This document shows, piece by piece, positions 25,330 through 37,670 of a stretch of DNA of 64,000 nt. The notes under the pieces are model-generated. The model made no database searches. It had not been told where the DNA came from and saw only the letters and a list, made by a program, of their open reading frames with translations. Source of the DNA: Acanthaster planci (taxonomy: Eukaryota); the NCBI RefSeq assembly GCF_001949145.1, contig NW_019091360.1, positions 2,043,599-2,107,598 of the forward strand. Direction: 5' to 3'. The position numbers and the translations under genes are program-made. Position 1 is the stretch's first letter, and each line of letters opens with the position of its first letter.

Positions 25330-28130
25330 GATGAGCCATATCTGAGTCAACTGCTCCCTCTGTGGACGTTGTTCAGGCTCCCGGAGCAATGCAGGAACAG
25401 CACATAAGGCTGGGAGTGAGGAACGAAGGGGTGGTGTGACTGATGTGGGGACCATGGCAGACATCAGCGGAGAAGGCCAACGAGGCAGGGTGTCTGCCGA
25501 CGGCTGGATCCTTAGCTGCTGTGATATCGGTTCCTGTGAGCCAAGGCATTGAGTTCAGGGTTGGGGCCCTGTCTACTCATCATCCACTCAGACTGGACTG
25601 GTAGGGACAACTGACGCTACGGGGAGCACTATGGGGGCGATCAATACTATTGCCATAATGGATGGGGGCACGGACAAGCAGGTGGCTGAGCTAGGGGTGC
25701 CAGTTGCAATTCCTACAACGCGGTTAGGGTCATCCCTCGTGGGGGTTCACTCCCTTTGTCCGTAAAAGAGAAGATTTAAAGTGGCAAATTTGTTGACTTC
25801 GTGCAGCTTTATCATAGGAATGTGCACCTGACTCTCATCTGCCTTTCATAATTATGGTATGGCTGTGTACATTTCACGACATGCTCCCCAAGCAGGGCCG
25901 TAGTTCAAATATGCCAAGACAATCTGTATGGTGTCGCATCGATTTCCTGGTTTTGGTTGGCAGTTCTACGATGAGCAATTCCGGCTCCATAAATTGGCAG
26001 ATCCGAGCAGCTCTTGGGCTGAGATGGACTAACATGTAGAGTTATGGATCACAGTGGCCGCAGCCTCTACAAATGCTCAACGCTTTGCACCGGGAGGCAG
26101 CGGTGGTTATGATGCCGACCGGGCTATAGGCACAAGGGTGAGTTTTGGCACTGGGCATTGTTTCGCATTCAACAGGCCGAATGGGTACACTTTTCTCAGG
26201 TGCGGATTTGCGCATAAATGTAGCGTGTGCGATAGATTCGTCCAGTGTGCACAACTGTCGCACCGCCATGCTGGGGCGAAAAGGGGCCATACCTCATGGT
26301 AGTGATGCCGGGGGGAGGAACCTGGCGGACATGCCTCAATCTGCAGCACGGCCCAACATGTATGTTCCTCCTTCCACTGCAGTTTCTGCTGTGGATAGGT
26401 TGGTAAACTCGCCCGGTGTTTCAAATTTTCAGCCCTTCATCACCAATTAATGTTGTGGTTTTACGGCAATGGCTGGCACACTACCCCAACAGAATGGCAG
26501 CAGAGACCTTGCTGAAAGCTTTTTCTCGAGGGTTTTCCATTGAATATTTAGGTACGCGGGAGCCACGGGACTCAGAGTGTCTCCTCTCTGCTGCCAAGCT
26601 CCCTTACGTTGTGGGTGAAAAGTAAGATAAAGAGATATCCTTGGGCTGCATTGCCGGTCCCTTTTCCAAGCACCCGCTCCCTTGTTTACAGTGTTCCCCA
26701 TCAGATTAGTACTGAAAAGTGCACCCAATTCCTATCGTCTTATTCATCCTCTTTCCTTTCTGGCCAGGGGTTCACCGACAAAGACAAATGCAGTATACAA
26801 CATGCCTCATTCAACACGGCAGTTGAATGTGATACTGGGTGCTTGGTTAACAAAATCTGATATCAAGTCTGCTTTTTGCCTTTTGCGAGTCAGCCCTCTA
26901 GATTACGAATTGCTTGGTTTCAAGTTCGAGGGTCATTTGCATATGTATTTCAATAGGTGCTTACCTATGGGATGTTCTATATCTTGTTCTCTATTTGAGT
27001 TGTTCAGCACCTTTCTAGAATTTCAGGTTTAACGGGGAGCAAATTATTAAGATGACTTTTTGCTCATGGGTCCCGACCATGGCTCATGTACTCCGCTGCT
27101 AGCCACATTCAAGGAAGTGTGTGTAAAGTTGGGGTTCCGTCAGTGGAGGAGAAAACTATGGGGCCACCTCAATCCCTTTCTTACCTTGGCTTAGAGTTAG
27201 ATACGGTCCGGCGCCAGATCCACGTGCCTACGCTGAAAGTTTCGGCACTTTGCGAGTGCATCCAGGAAGTATTGAACAAGAAGATTTCGTTAGTCAAGAT
27301 TTAAACACTCATGGGATCACTCAATTTCGTTTGCAAAACAATTTCACTAGGTTGCACTTTTTTACATCGAGTCATCTTATTATCCCATGGATTGACGTGA
27401 CTCCACCACAAGGTGCAGTTATCGGCAGGGTCACGGCTTGATCTGCTCCTTTGGCTTTGTTTTTTACAGCACTTCAATGTGGTTCCCCCCCCCCATTGTC
27501 CAGTGCATGGAACGAGGAACCCCATGAACTTTTTACTGATGCGGCCGCATCTTTGTTCTGCAATGTCTCAAACTCAATGTTGCCTTTCAGACTGTTCACA
27601 TTCCTGGGATTTTTAACAAATTGGCCAATGCTTGATCTCGTTTTCAGATGGCATGTTTTTGTGCCGCTGCCCCGCATGCAGAGCCAACTGCAACGCCTCT
27701 TCCGCCCCTGCTGACACTTTAGTGAAAAGTGAAGTTAAGCAGCTTTCGAAAGTGGCAATTACGGCAAATTCACACAAGACATTCTCTGTGGGTTGGAATA
27801 TTTGTACTCAATTTCTTGCACAATGAGATCTGTTCTGCCATCTGCCTGTTCCCGTCACCATGATTTGAGAGTTAATTAGATGGCTTTCGCTGTACGGGTT
27901 ATCTCCCAATGCCATTGCTACTTATGTCGCAGGGCTTAGCTATTACTATAAGTTGCGTGGTTACTTGGACCACACCAAAGCATTTATGTGAATTTAGGAT
28001 AGCAGTGGATAAGCCTCACCGGCTTGTGTTGTGTTACTGGACCGTTGCCAGGTTACAGCCTATATGTAATCCGCAAAACAGACAGCTTCTGTTCTGTCAT
28101 CCTCATTCAAGGACAAGGACAAGTAAATTA
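25330..28130 (+). mobile_element. Degenerate tyrosine-recombinase retrotransposon (Ngaro/DIRS-like)
   Basis: Gag knuckle CFAFNR..CGFAHKCSVC (26054-26302); RT YRLIHPLSF..KSDIKSAFCLL..FNRCLPMGCSISCSLFELFSTFLEF, DDF and EEKTMGP..LSYLGLELDT; RNase H start ELFTDAA; recombinase N-terminal-like remnant at ~27730-28100. The 5' boundary is approximate. Confidence 0.85.
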
Positions 28131-28140
28131 CAGTTACTGT

Positions 28141-29497
28141 TAGGGGTGTAACAACCCCACTTTCTCATGATACGATACGTATTGCAATACTTGGGTCACA
28201 ATATGATACGTACATGTATCACGATATGTATTGTATCAACAAAGAAACCAATCAGACGAAAGCCAATTTAAAACAATTCCCTTGGTAAATAACCAATGAT
28301 AACTTACTATTGGTAAGCTTATAGGTGATGAGGACATGAAGCTTCTGCAAGGTCACAAAATTAAACATAAAACTACATGTCCATTTATTTCTCTAAGTGT
28401 TTCTGCTTTACTAACATTAGGCCAAACAAAAGAATAGCTGTGCTTCCTATTACATTGAAAAAAAAAAGGTTGGGTTGGTAGTATCTTTTTTTTTCTTCTT
28501 AAGTTTTTTCGTCACAAATTTTAGGGTGGGGAATTTTTTTAAAAAATTACAAGGTAATTTTGATGATTACGGTGTATTCCATCCACTGTTTTTTCCGTAG
28601 ATTCGTAACTTCAGGACCAGTCTTGTCAAAGATGGTATCCAAGTCAGAGCCTCTTCAAATTGTGTTGCCCTGACATTTCGATAAGTTAATATCCAAAAAT
28701 TGTTTGAAAACTCGTACAAAACGATGCACATAGAGCATGATAATGTACGACACAATAACTTTGCACGCACCACACCACTTGTCACGAAACCCTCTGTTGC
28801 CGAAAGCAAAAATGTACTAACCTTATATCAAGCCGTAAATTTAAAGTGAAATGTGTGCTACCGCAAGTTAGTAGAGAGTTATAGTCACTACTGCTGACGC
28901 AGAAAGAGCTGTAATGAGGCCCACTGACACATGTATAAATATAAATGTTTCACTGACAGCCAATCACAACACAGTGGTCCCTGGCCCCAGGATGCTGTTT
29001 ACCCACAAGGCTTGTGCTTTGAGCCTAGCCACACAGATACGTATCACTGTACGCACGTACTGTACATGTGCACGTAGACTCAGTTGTGTGTATTATGAAG
29101 CTTCAGTATTGTTTGGTGTCCAAACCAAAGATCGTATAAGTCCGATATGCATCCAATATTCTAATGACACCAAGATCAGTGTGACAGTTTGGGTGTGCCA
29201 TTACATCCACGACGCATGCCCGACCGTCTAGGTACGTGCAGCGAGTTGTCCATGATGCTAAACCCGTCCAAACTATTTCTTGCAAGAGTATACACTGTAC
29301 ATTTAGGCAACACTTAAATAAAAAGCTATATATTTTAAATTTTTATTAGGCCTCACTTTATTTTCAACTTACTGCACATTTCATCATAATTCCCCCTGCC
29401 TCCCAAATATCGCGATTCACATTTGTGCATCGCAATCCTGCACCAAGGCATTTTAGAATCGATATTATCGATGCATCAGTGAATCATTACGGCCTTA
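28141..29497. mobile_element. Non-autonomous hAT-type DNA transposon with perfect 8-bp TSD
   Basis: Ends TAGGGGTGTAAC ... CATTACGGCCTTA; GTTACTGT at both 28133-28140 and 29498-29505; subterminal CGAT/ATCG repeats. Confidence 0.9.
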
Positions 29498-30204
29498 GTT
29501 ACTGTCATAGGAATCAAATCCACTCACTTTCACTACAGTACAATGTGTATGTATGTGTTTTACCACTTTTTCTGAGACACATTAAAAACATGGACACAGC
29601 AAACTGGCATGCACTTGGGTTACTGTCTTTTTCCTAGAGGCTTCCCGTGTGCACGCAGGTGCAAACAGTCTGAAGGTAGCCCACAATGCAGCCTGAAATA
29701 CGGGTCTGGATACTCCTATGCTGACCGTGTTACTCTCTGTAGTGTAGGAATAGTCTGTTGCCACTGCATGTGAACATGAGAGCACACACACACACGTATG
29801 CCAAGCAAATACATTACGTTCTACTCCACCTTCCATGACTGGTACTTTATTTCGTGACAAATTTCAGTTAATTTAACCAGTTAAGAGTAACATTTTAGGT
29901 ACATGTAAATGCATGTTACAGATTAATGTCTAATGCTGTGTATTTTCTGGACATGCCTGTTGTAATGTATGTATACCCCTGTTATGTCAACCAATCAACA
30001 CAAACCCAAAATTTGACCTCACGATTCCCAAATCGGCCCAGTTGGTTGTGGAAAGAAAATGCCTCTTACTTCTCTTGTGTTGTTTTGCGGCTGATGAATT
30101 CACTGTATATTGGTTTGGGGTGGCCAATCTTTGTTCAAAACCCTAGATGTCGAAATACTTGAAGCCATTTTTCAATGTCAAGAAAGCAGCCAGGTGGTGA
30201 AGTC

Positions 30205-31121
30205 TAGCCCCACATGTAGGGCTGTGGTGACTCTTTTGAAATCTGTCTCTATTCTGTGTTTCTGTCACCACCACAGCCCTGCTTCAAGGCATGTCTTTAA
30301 TGCCTGAAATCCAAACTGCAGGATTGTCACAACTTTGAATCCTAATAACTTTCGAAAGGAGAATGACTCAACAATTTTACTTACACTGGTGTATTCCTAA
30401 GAGTTTGGACTTTTATACAAGCACCCTAAAGCTTTCCAAACCGTATATTTTTTGATGTACATCTATGGGGCCTTGAAAAACCCTTCCTGTGGTACTATAC
30501 ATGTATGCCGACTGTGGGTGTCGTCATTTTGAAAAACGAAGGCAGCGCTTCGTCGAAAGTCAAGGCACCCGACATGTGCCATAGATGCATAATTCATCGC
30601 AGAATTCATAATTCATAATTTGTGCACGCACTTTGCTAGTGTACAGTACGCCCACAGCACATGTGTGGAGCATGGTACAGTGACATCCTTTTTTCTGTTA
30701 TTCAAATTTAATTTCCTTGGTTCCTTGTTCCTCTGTCACGCAAGCTGACAGAAAAAGGCGCCTGTCAGGAGCCTTGAAATCCGACACAGTGAAGCGCTGC
30801 CTTCATTTTTCAAAATGGCGATGCCCACGGTCTGCATATAATACCACAGTCTGGGTTTTTCAAGGCGCCATACATCAGAAAATATATGGTTTTGGTAAGC
30901 TTTAGGTTGCTTGTATAAAAGTCCAAACTCTGAGGGATACGCTGGTGTAAGTAAAATTGTGAAGTCATTCTCATTTCGAAAGATATTAGGATTCAAAGTT
31001 TGTGGCAATCCTGCAGTTTGGATTTCAGGCATTAAAGTCATGCCATGAAGCAGGGCTGTGGTGGTGAAAGATAAGAGACAGATTGTAAAAGAGAGCCACC
31101 ACAGCCCTACGTGTGGGGCTA
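30205..31121. mobile_element. Fold-back element with ~340-bp TIRs beginning TAGCCCCAC
   Basis: 30205-30551 matches the reverse complement of 30790-31121; flanked by the near-direct repeat CAGGTGGTGAAGTC / CAGGGAGGTGAAGTC. Confidence 0.9.
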
Positions 31122-31288
31122 CAGGGAGGTGAAGTCTTGCCCACCTTGACCTCCAGGCTCCAACCTCATGGCCAAGGTTTGAATCTTGCCCAGGCTGACA
31201 TGAGGAGTGGAGTAAGGAGTCACAGCAAACACACACTGGAGTGAACAAAACCTACTGAAATTGGACCCCCCCAGAAATAAAATCTTAC

Positions 31289-31374
31289 CTTGTTGGGAGG
31301 TCCAAGAACTCTTGTCCAAACTGGAGAGGGTAGCCATTCTGTAGACATGTATGAAGGCGGTGTCTCTCATCAAC
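31289..31374 (-). other. Reiterated exon-like module A, copy 2
   Basis: TTCACCTTCAG|GTTGATGAGAGACACC...GACAAGAGTTCTTGGACCTCCCAACAAG|GTAAGATTT. Confidence 0.55.
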
Positions 31375-31888
31375 CTGAAGGTGAATCAAAGAAACAATCA
31401 TGCAATTATTAATTTTGAATTGTGGACAAGAAATCAAGCTTCCCCGTACAGCCTGTGCTGCATTTTCATTAGACATGTAATTTTTAACAGTTACCCAGCC
31501 AGAGAAAATAAAACACTTTTTACATGTATATCACCAGGCAGGTATCCAGCACAGGCATAATGGACTCTATGCATCAGCCAAGTTAAACCACTTTTTCCTT
31601 TGGATACATGTAGTGATGTACATTTTCTTTAATTTTGCAGCCAGCCGAGCATCATCCATCTTCAATACCCTTCAAAATTGGAGGTTGAAATGGAAGAAAT
31701 CCCAACCCAATGTCTCCGCAACATGCCATATTACCGGTAATTTTCACAGGGCTCGCTGTACTGATGCCGTGAATAGAATATCAATTGATTTTGAAGAAAA
31801 TCAGAATTATTTGCAAATTGGTTATGCAAGAAACAAAGATATTTGTTCAGCTAGTAGTTGGTGAAAAAGTGTTCTTTTTCTAAGCCTT

Positions 31889-32409
31889 TATAGGGTTGTC
31901 ATGAGAGTCAGTATTGATTCAGCGTTGTTACCAACTTTATTTTCAAGAACGACGGAGAAGGTTGCAATAGAAATGTAAGCTAACTGTTGACTGAATTGGA
32001 CAATTGAAAAGCAGATTAATACTGGATCTGGATACTGAGTACGGGATACTGAGGAGATGTACACTGCAATGATGCAGGACTTATATACGGTTAGAAACAG
32101 GATGTAGTTAAAGTCACAAAACTTAAGAAAGGAAAGTTTTAGTGACATGTCTTAGCTGGATTCTTAGAACAATGACTGTAAATGAATAATTTCACCTTAA
32201 AACTAAGTCCTTGGTGGATGATAGTACAAGCTTAAATGAAGCACGCTGAAGTGTGCCACAGCCTCCAAGCTAACAAGGTCAAATAGGCAAAAACAATATT
32301 TTAGAAGACACTGTGTGGGTGTTAAAGTTAAAAATGAAGATTCTGAATGCTAAATTCACTAAAAGAAATAAATGCAAATAATTCAAGTAATTGTGCAGAA
32401 AACGCTACA
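31889..32409 (-). repeat. 3' LTR of the CsRn1-like element
   Basis: TGTAGCG...CCCTATA on the minus strand; aligns with 38544-38851 but is ~210 bp longer. Confidence 0.9.
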
Positions 32410-33454
32410 GGAGCCCCCTTCCAGTGAGTTTGCAAAAGCTAACAAATGAATGTGACAAAGCATTTTGGCCAGTGGACATGGCGACCAGAACGAGTTATGC
32501 GAGTATTATCAGGAGAGTGATGTGGTTGGTTCACTGGAAGAAAATCCTGAGAAGTTGGAATAGGTGGAATTGTAAGAGCNNNNNNNNNNNNNNNNNNNNN
32601 NNNNNNNNNNNNNNNNNNNNNNNNNNNNNNNNNNNNNNNNNNNNNNNNNNNNNNNNNNNNNNNNNNNNNNNNNNNNNNNNNNNNNNNNNNNNNNNNNNNN
32701 NNNNNNNNNNNNNNNNNNNNNNNNNNNNNNNNNNNNNNNNNNNNNNNNNNNNNNNNNNNNNNNNNNNNNNNNNNNNNNNNNNNNNNNNNNNNNNNNNNNN
32801 NNNNNNNNNNNNNNNNNNNNNNNNNNNNNNNNNNNNNNNNNNNNNNNNNNNNNNNNNNNNNNNNNNNNNNNNNNNNNNNNNNNNNNNNNNNNNNNNNNNN
32901 NNNNNNNNNNNNNNNNNNNNNNNNNNNNNNNNNNNNNNNNNNNNNNNNNNNNNNNNNNNNNNNNNNNNNNNNNNNNNNNNNNNNNNNNNNNNNNNNNNNN
33001 NNNNNNNNNNNNNNNNNNNNNNNNNNNNNNNNNNNNNNNNNNNNNNNNNNNNNNNNNNNNNNNNNNNNNNNNNNNNNNNNNNNNNNNNNNNNNNNNNNNN
33101 NNNNNNNNNNNNNNNNNNNNNNNNNNNNNNNNNNNNNNNNNNNNNNNNNNNNNNNNNNNNNNNNNNNNNNNNNNNNNNNNNNNNNNNNNNNNNNNNNNNN
33201 NNNNNNNNNNNNNNNNNNNNNNNNNNNNNNNNNNNNNNNNNNNNNNNNNNNNNNNNNNNNNNNNNNNNNNNNNNNNNNNNNNNNNNNNNNNNNNNNNNNN
33301 NNNNNNNNNNNNNNNNNNNNNNNNNNNNNNNNNNNNNNNNNNNNNNNNNNNNNNNNNNNNNNNNNNNNNNNNNNNNNNNNNNNNNNNNNNNNNNNNNNNN
33401 NNNNNNNNNNNNNNNNNNNNNNNNNNNNNNNNNNNNNNNNNNNNNNNNNNTGCT

Positions 33455-34949
33455 CTGGGTGGAGGGAGTTGAGTTGTACGCGTGACAGGGCATCGGCGGC
33501 AGGGTTTTCACCACCTTTAACATATCTTATGTCACAAGTGAATTGTGAAACAAAATCACGGTGGCGAATCTCGCGTGGCAAGTGTTTGTCAGTTGATGCA
33601 GCAAAGGCATATGTGAGCGGTTTGTGGTCTGTATACAGATGGAATTCTCAGCCCTCAAGAAAATGGTGGAAGTGGCGAATGGCAAGGTACACGGCTAACA
33701 GTTCTCGTCCAAAGGTGCTGTAGCGTGTTTCAGCTGGCTGAAGCTTTTTGGAGAAGAACGAGATAGGCTGCCATGGATCATCGACCCACTGTTGGAGAAC
33801 AGCTCCCACTGCCACATCTGAAGCATGCGTCATGATGCTCAATGAAGCGCCTGGCTTTGGATGTGTTAGGAGAGTAGCGTTGGTGAGGGCGGCTTTGATC
33901 TGATCAAAAGAGGCCATAGCAGCAGCATTCCATGTGATTGGGGCTGACTTTTTGCCTGAACTGGTCAGCAGTGCCGTGAGAGGATGAAGGACTTGAGAAC
34001 ACTGTGGTATGAAGCGGCGATAGAAATTGACTAATCCAAGAAATTCTCTCAGCTTGGTCAGTGTAGCAGGTTGAGGAAAGTTCAAGATAACAATGACCTT
34101 CTCGCCGAGTGGGCGCACCCCTTGGCTGTCAACTTGATGACCGAGAAACTCGAGAGAGTTCACTCCAAATTGACATTTGGCAGGGTTGATGATAACTCCG
34201 TACTGGTTGAGGCGATCAACCAGTAGGCAAAGATGGTGTTCGTGCTGGTCTGTGTCGGAGCTGGCAACCAGCAGGCCGTCAATTTATGCGTAGCAGAAAT
34301 CCAGTCCACGAGTAACTTCATCAATGAAGCGCTGAAATGTTTGGGCGGCATTGCGAAGACCAAACGGCATACAGACAAATTCAAAGAGTCCAAAGGGAGT
34401 AGTGATGGCAGTTTTCGGGATGGAGTCTGGTGCTACAGGGATTTGATGGTAAGCACGGACAAGGTCAATCTTGGAAAAACTGTTTTCCCATGGAGTGATG
34501 CCAGTAAGTCCTGGATGTGCGGAACGGGATAGCGATCAGGCACAGTTGAATAGTTGAGAGCGCGGTAGTCCCCACATGGTCGCCAGTCACCAGGTTGTTT
34601 CTTGGGAACCATGTGAAGAGGTGATGACCAGTTACTGTCTGAGGGGCGGATGATGGCCAAGTCCATCATATGTTGGAACCCGTCTTTTGCCATTTAAGAC
34701 GGTCCCGGCGAGACGGCGTGGATGTGTGGCAACTGGTGGACCTGTAGTGACGATGTGATGGGTGACATTGTGTTTCACTGGTGTGTCACGATAGTTTGGT
34801 CTTGTGATTGCAGGGTAGTCCTTCAGGATGGCTGCGAAACATGATGGCGCTGGCGATGAGAAGACAGGACTCAGCGTGGGTGCGGTCGTGGTGGCGGCTG
34901 CGACGGTGAGGGTTGTAGTTGCGTCGATCAATCGCTGATTGCAAAGATC
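33455..34949 (-). pseudogene. Gypsy pol (RT-RNase H), copy 1, frameshifted
   Basis: [94 protein letters not shown]. Confidence 0.9.
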
Positions 34950-35256
34950 AATTATATATAACGGGTTTGCCCTTACCCAACATATATTAATAAACACTGT
35001 ATGCTCAGTGCTTGTCCGAGAGCTTGTGAAAAAAAACCTCACAAGCTTACTCGGGTGGGACTCGAACCCACAACCTCCTGCTTACTAGTGCAGATGTCTT
35101 AACCACTCGACCATCGAGCTTGCCGGGGTCGGCTGGCCGGTCCGAGTCAAATGAAGCAGCGGGTACCGCGAACTATTTTCAAGGTGTATTTTGCGTTGGG
35201 GAGATGTTAATTATATATAACGGGTTTGCCCTTACACAACGTATATTAATAAACAC
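34950..35256 (-). repeat. 259-bp tandem-type repeat unit containing a tRNA-Thr(AGT)-derived sequence (35049-35119)
   Basis: A ~47-bp direct repeat AATTATATATAACGGGTTTGCCCTTAC... at 34950 and 35209. Minus strand has GCTCGATGGTCGAGTGGTTAAGACATCTGCACTAGTAAGCAGGAGGTTGTGGGTTCGAGTCCCACCCGAGTA with A and B boxes and a CTAGTAA loop. Confidence 0.75.
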
Positions 35257-35257
35257 N

Positions 35258-36790
35258 CGCTCTGGGTGGAAGGAGTTGAGTTGTACACGCGACAGGGCAT
35301 CAGCGGCAGGGTTTTCACCACCTTAAACATATCTTATAACACAAGTGAATTGTGAAACAAAATTAAGGTGGCAAATCTCGCGTGGCGAGTGTTTGTCAGT
35401 TGATGCAGCGAAAGCATATGTGAGCGGTTTGTGGTCTGTATACACATGGAATTCTCGGCCTTCGAGAAAATGGCGGAAATGGCGAATGGCAAGGTACACG
35501 GCTAACAGTTCTCGTCCAAAGATGCTGTAGCGTGTTTCAGCTGGCTGAAGCTTTTTGGAGAAGAACGAGACAGGCTGCCATGAATCATCGACCCACTGTT
35601 GGAGAACAGCTCCCACTGCCACATCCGAAGCATGCGTCATGATGCTCAATGGAGCGCCTGGCTTTGGATGTGTTAGGAGAGTAGCGTTGGCGAGGGCGGC
35701 TTTGATCTGATCAAAAGAGGCCATAGCAGCAGCATTCCATGTGATTGGGGCCGACTTTTTGCCTGAATTGGTCAGCAGTGCTGTAAGAGGATGAAGGACT
35801 TGAGAACACTGTGGTATGAAGCGGCGATAGAAATTGACTAGTACAAGAAATTCTCTCAGCTTGGTCAGTGTAGCAGGTTGAGGAAAGTTCAAGATAACAC
35901 TGACCTTCTCGTCGAGTGGGCGCACCCCTTGGCTGTCAACTTGATGACCAAGAAACTCGAGAGAGTTCACTCCAAATTGACATTTGGCAGGGTTGATGAC
36001 AACTCCGTACTGGTTGAGGCAATCAAACAGTAGGCGAAGATGGTGTTCGTGCTGGTCTGTGTTGAGCTGGCAACCAGCAGGCCGTCAATGTATGCGTAGC
36101 AGAAATCCAGTCCACAAGTAACTTCATCAATGAAGCGCTGAAATGTTTGGGCGGCGTTGCGAGGGCCAAAGGGCATACAAACAAATTCAAAGAGTCCAAA
36201 CGGAGTAGTGATGGCAGTTTTCGGGACGGAGTCTGGTGCTACAAGGATTTGATGGTAAGCATGGACAAGGTCAATCTTGGAAAAAACTATTTCCCAATGG
36301 AGTGATGCCGTGAAGTCCTGGATGTGCAGAACGGGATAGCGATCAGGCACAGTTGAACGGTTGAGCGCGTGGTAGTCTCCACATGGTCGCCAGTCACCTG
36401 GTTGTTTCTTGGGAACCATGTGAAGAGGTGACGACCAGTTGCTGTCTGAGGGGCTGATGATGCCCAAGTCCATCATATGTTGGAACTCGTCTTTTGCCAC
36501 TTTAAGACGGTCCGGGGCGAGACGGCGTGGACGTGCGGCAACTGGTGGACCTGTAGTGACGATGTGATGGGTGACATTGTGTTTCACTGGTGTGTCATGG
36601 TAGTTTGGTCTCGTGATCGCGGTGAAGTCTTTCAGGATGGCTGCGAAACATGATGGCGATGAGACGACAGGACTCAGCAGGTGAGGGTTGTAGTTGCGTC
36701 GATCAATCGCTGATTGCGAAGATCAACAAGGAGATTGAAATGTCTCAGGAAATCAGCACCTATGATTGCGTGTTGGATATTAGCAACAAT
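35258..36790 (-). pseudogene. Gypsy pol (RT-RNase H), copy 2, frameshifted
   Basis: ORFs 35967-36587 ([42 protein letters not shown]) and 35323-35970 (RNase H); highly similar to 33455-34949. Confidence 0.9.
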
Positions 36791-37670
36791 NNNNNNNNNN
36801 NNNNNNNNNNNNNNNNNNNNNNNNNNNNNNNNNNNNNNNNNNNNNNNNNNNNNNNNNNNNNNNNNNNNNNNNNNNNNNNNNNNNNNNNNNNNNNNNNNNN
36901 NNNNNNNNNNNNNNNNNNNNNNNNNNNNNNNNNNNNNNNNNNNNNNNNNNNNNNNNNNNNNNNNNNNNNNNNNNNNNNNNNNNNNNNNNNNNNNNNNNNN
37001 NNNNNNNNNNNNNNNNNNNNNNNNNNNNNNNNNNNNNNNNNNNNNNNNNNNNNNNNNNNNNNNNNNNNNNNNNNNNNNNNNNNNNNNNNNNNNNNNNNNN
37101 NNNNNNNNNNNNNNNNNNNNNNNNNNNNNNNNNNNNNNNNNNNNNNNNNNNNNNNNNNNNNNNNNNNNNNNNNNNNNNNNNNNNNNNNNNNNNNNNNNNN
37201 NNNNNNNNNNNNNNNNNNNNNNNNNNNNNNNNNNNNNNNNNNNNNNNNNNNNNNNNNNNNNNNNNNNNNNNNNNNNNNNNNNNNNNNNNNNNNNNNNNNN
37301 NNNNNNNNNNNNNNNNNNNNNNNNNNNNNNNNNNNNNNNNNNNNNNNNNNNNNNNNNNNNNNNNNNNNNNNNNNNNNNNNNNNNNNNNNNNNNNNNNNNN
37401 NNNNNNNNNNNNNNNNNNNNNNNNNNNNNNNNNNNNNNNNNNNNNNNNNNNNNNNNNNNNNNNNNNNNNNNNNNNNNNNNNNNNNNNNNNNNNNNNNNNN
37501 NNNNNNNNNNNTTTGCTGCTTGCAGATCTTGACCGGGATTGGGATGAGGAGAATCGTGAGGGGAACGAGGAATTACACTGACCTGTGCCCTGTGTGGATG
37601 AGGAATTGTTTTGTTGCCTTGTCAGTAACGTAGAATAGGCGACTTGATGTGGATGGGCCAGCAGTGCTTG

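Noticed and set aside
35049..35119. Functional tRNA-Thr gene
   Set aside because: Extra nucleotide in the anticodon arm, imperfect acceptor stem, and embedded in a repeat inserted in a retrotransposon.
17705..37633. Long ORFs spanning N runs (17705-18514, 17851-18789, 32391-33581, 36650-37633)
   Set aside because: Artefacts of translating assembly gaps.
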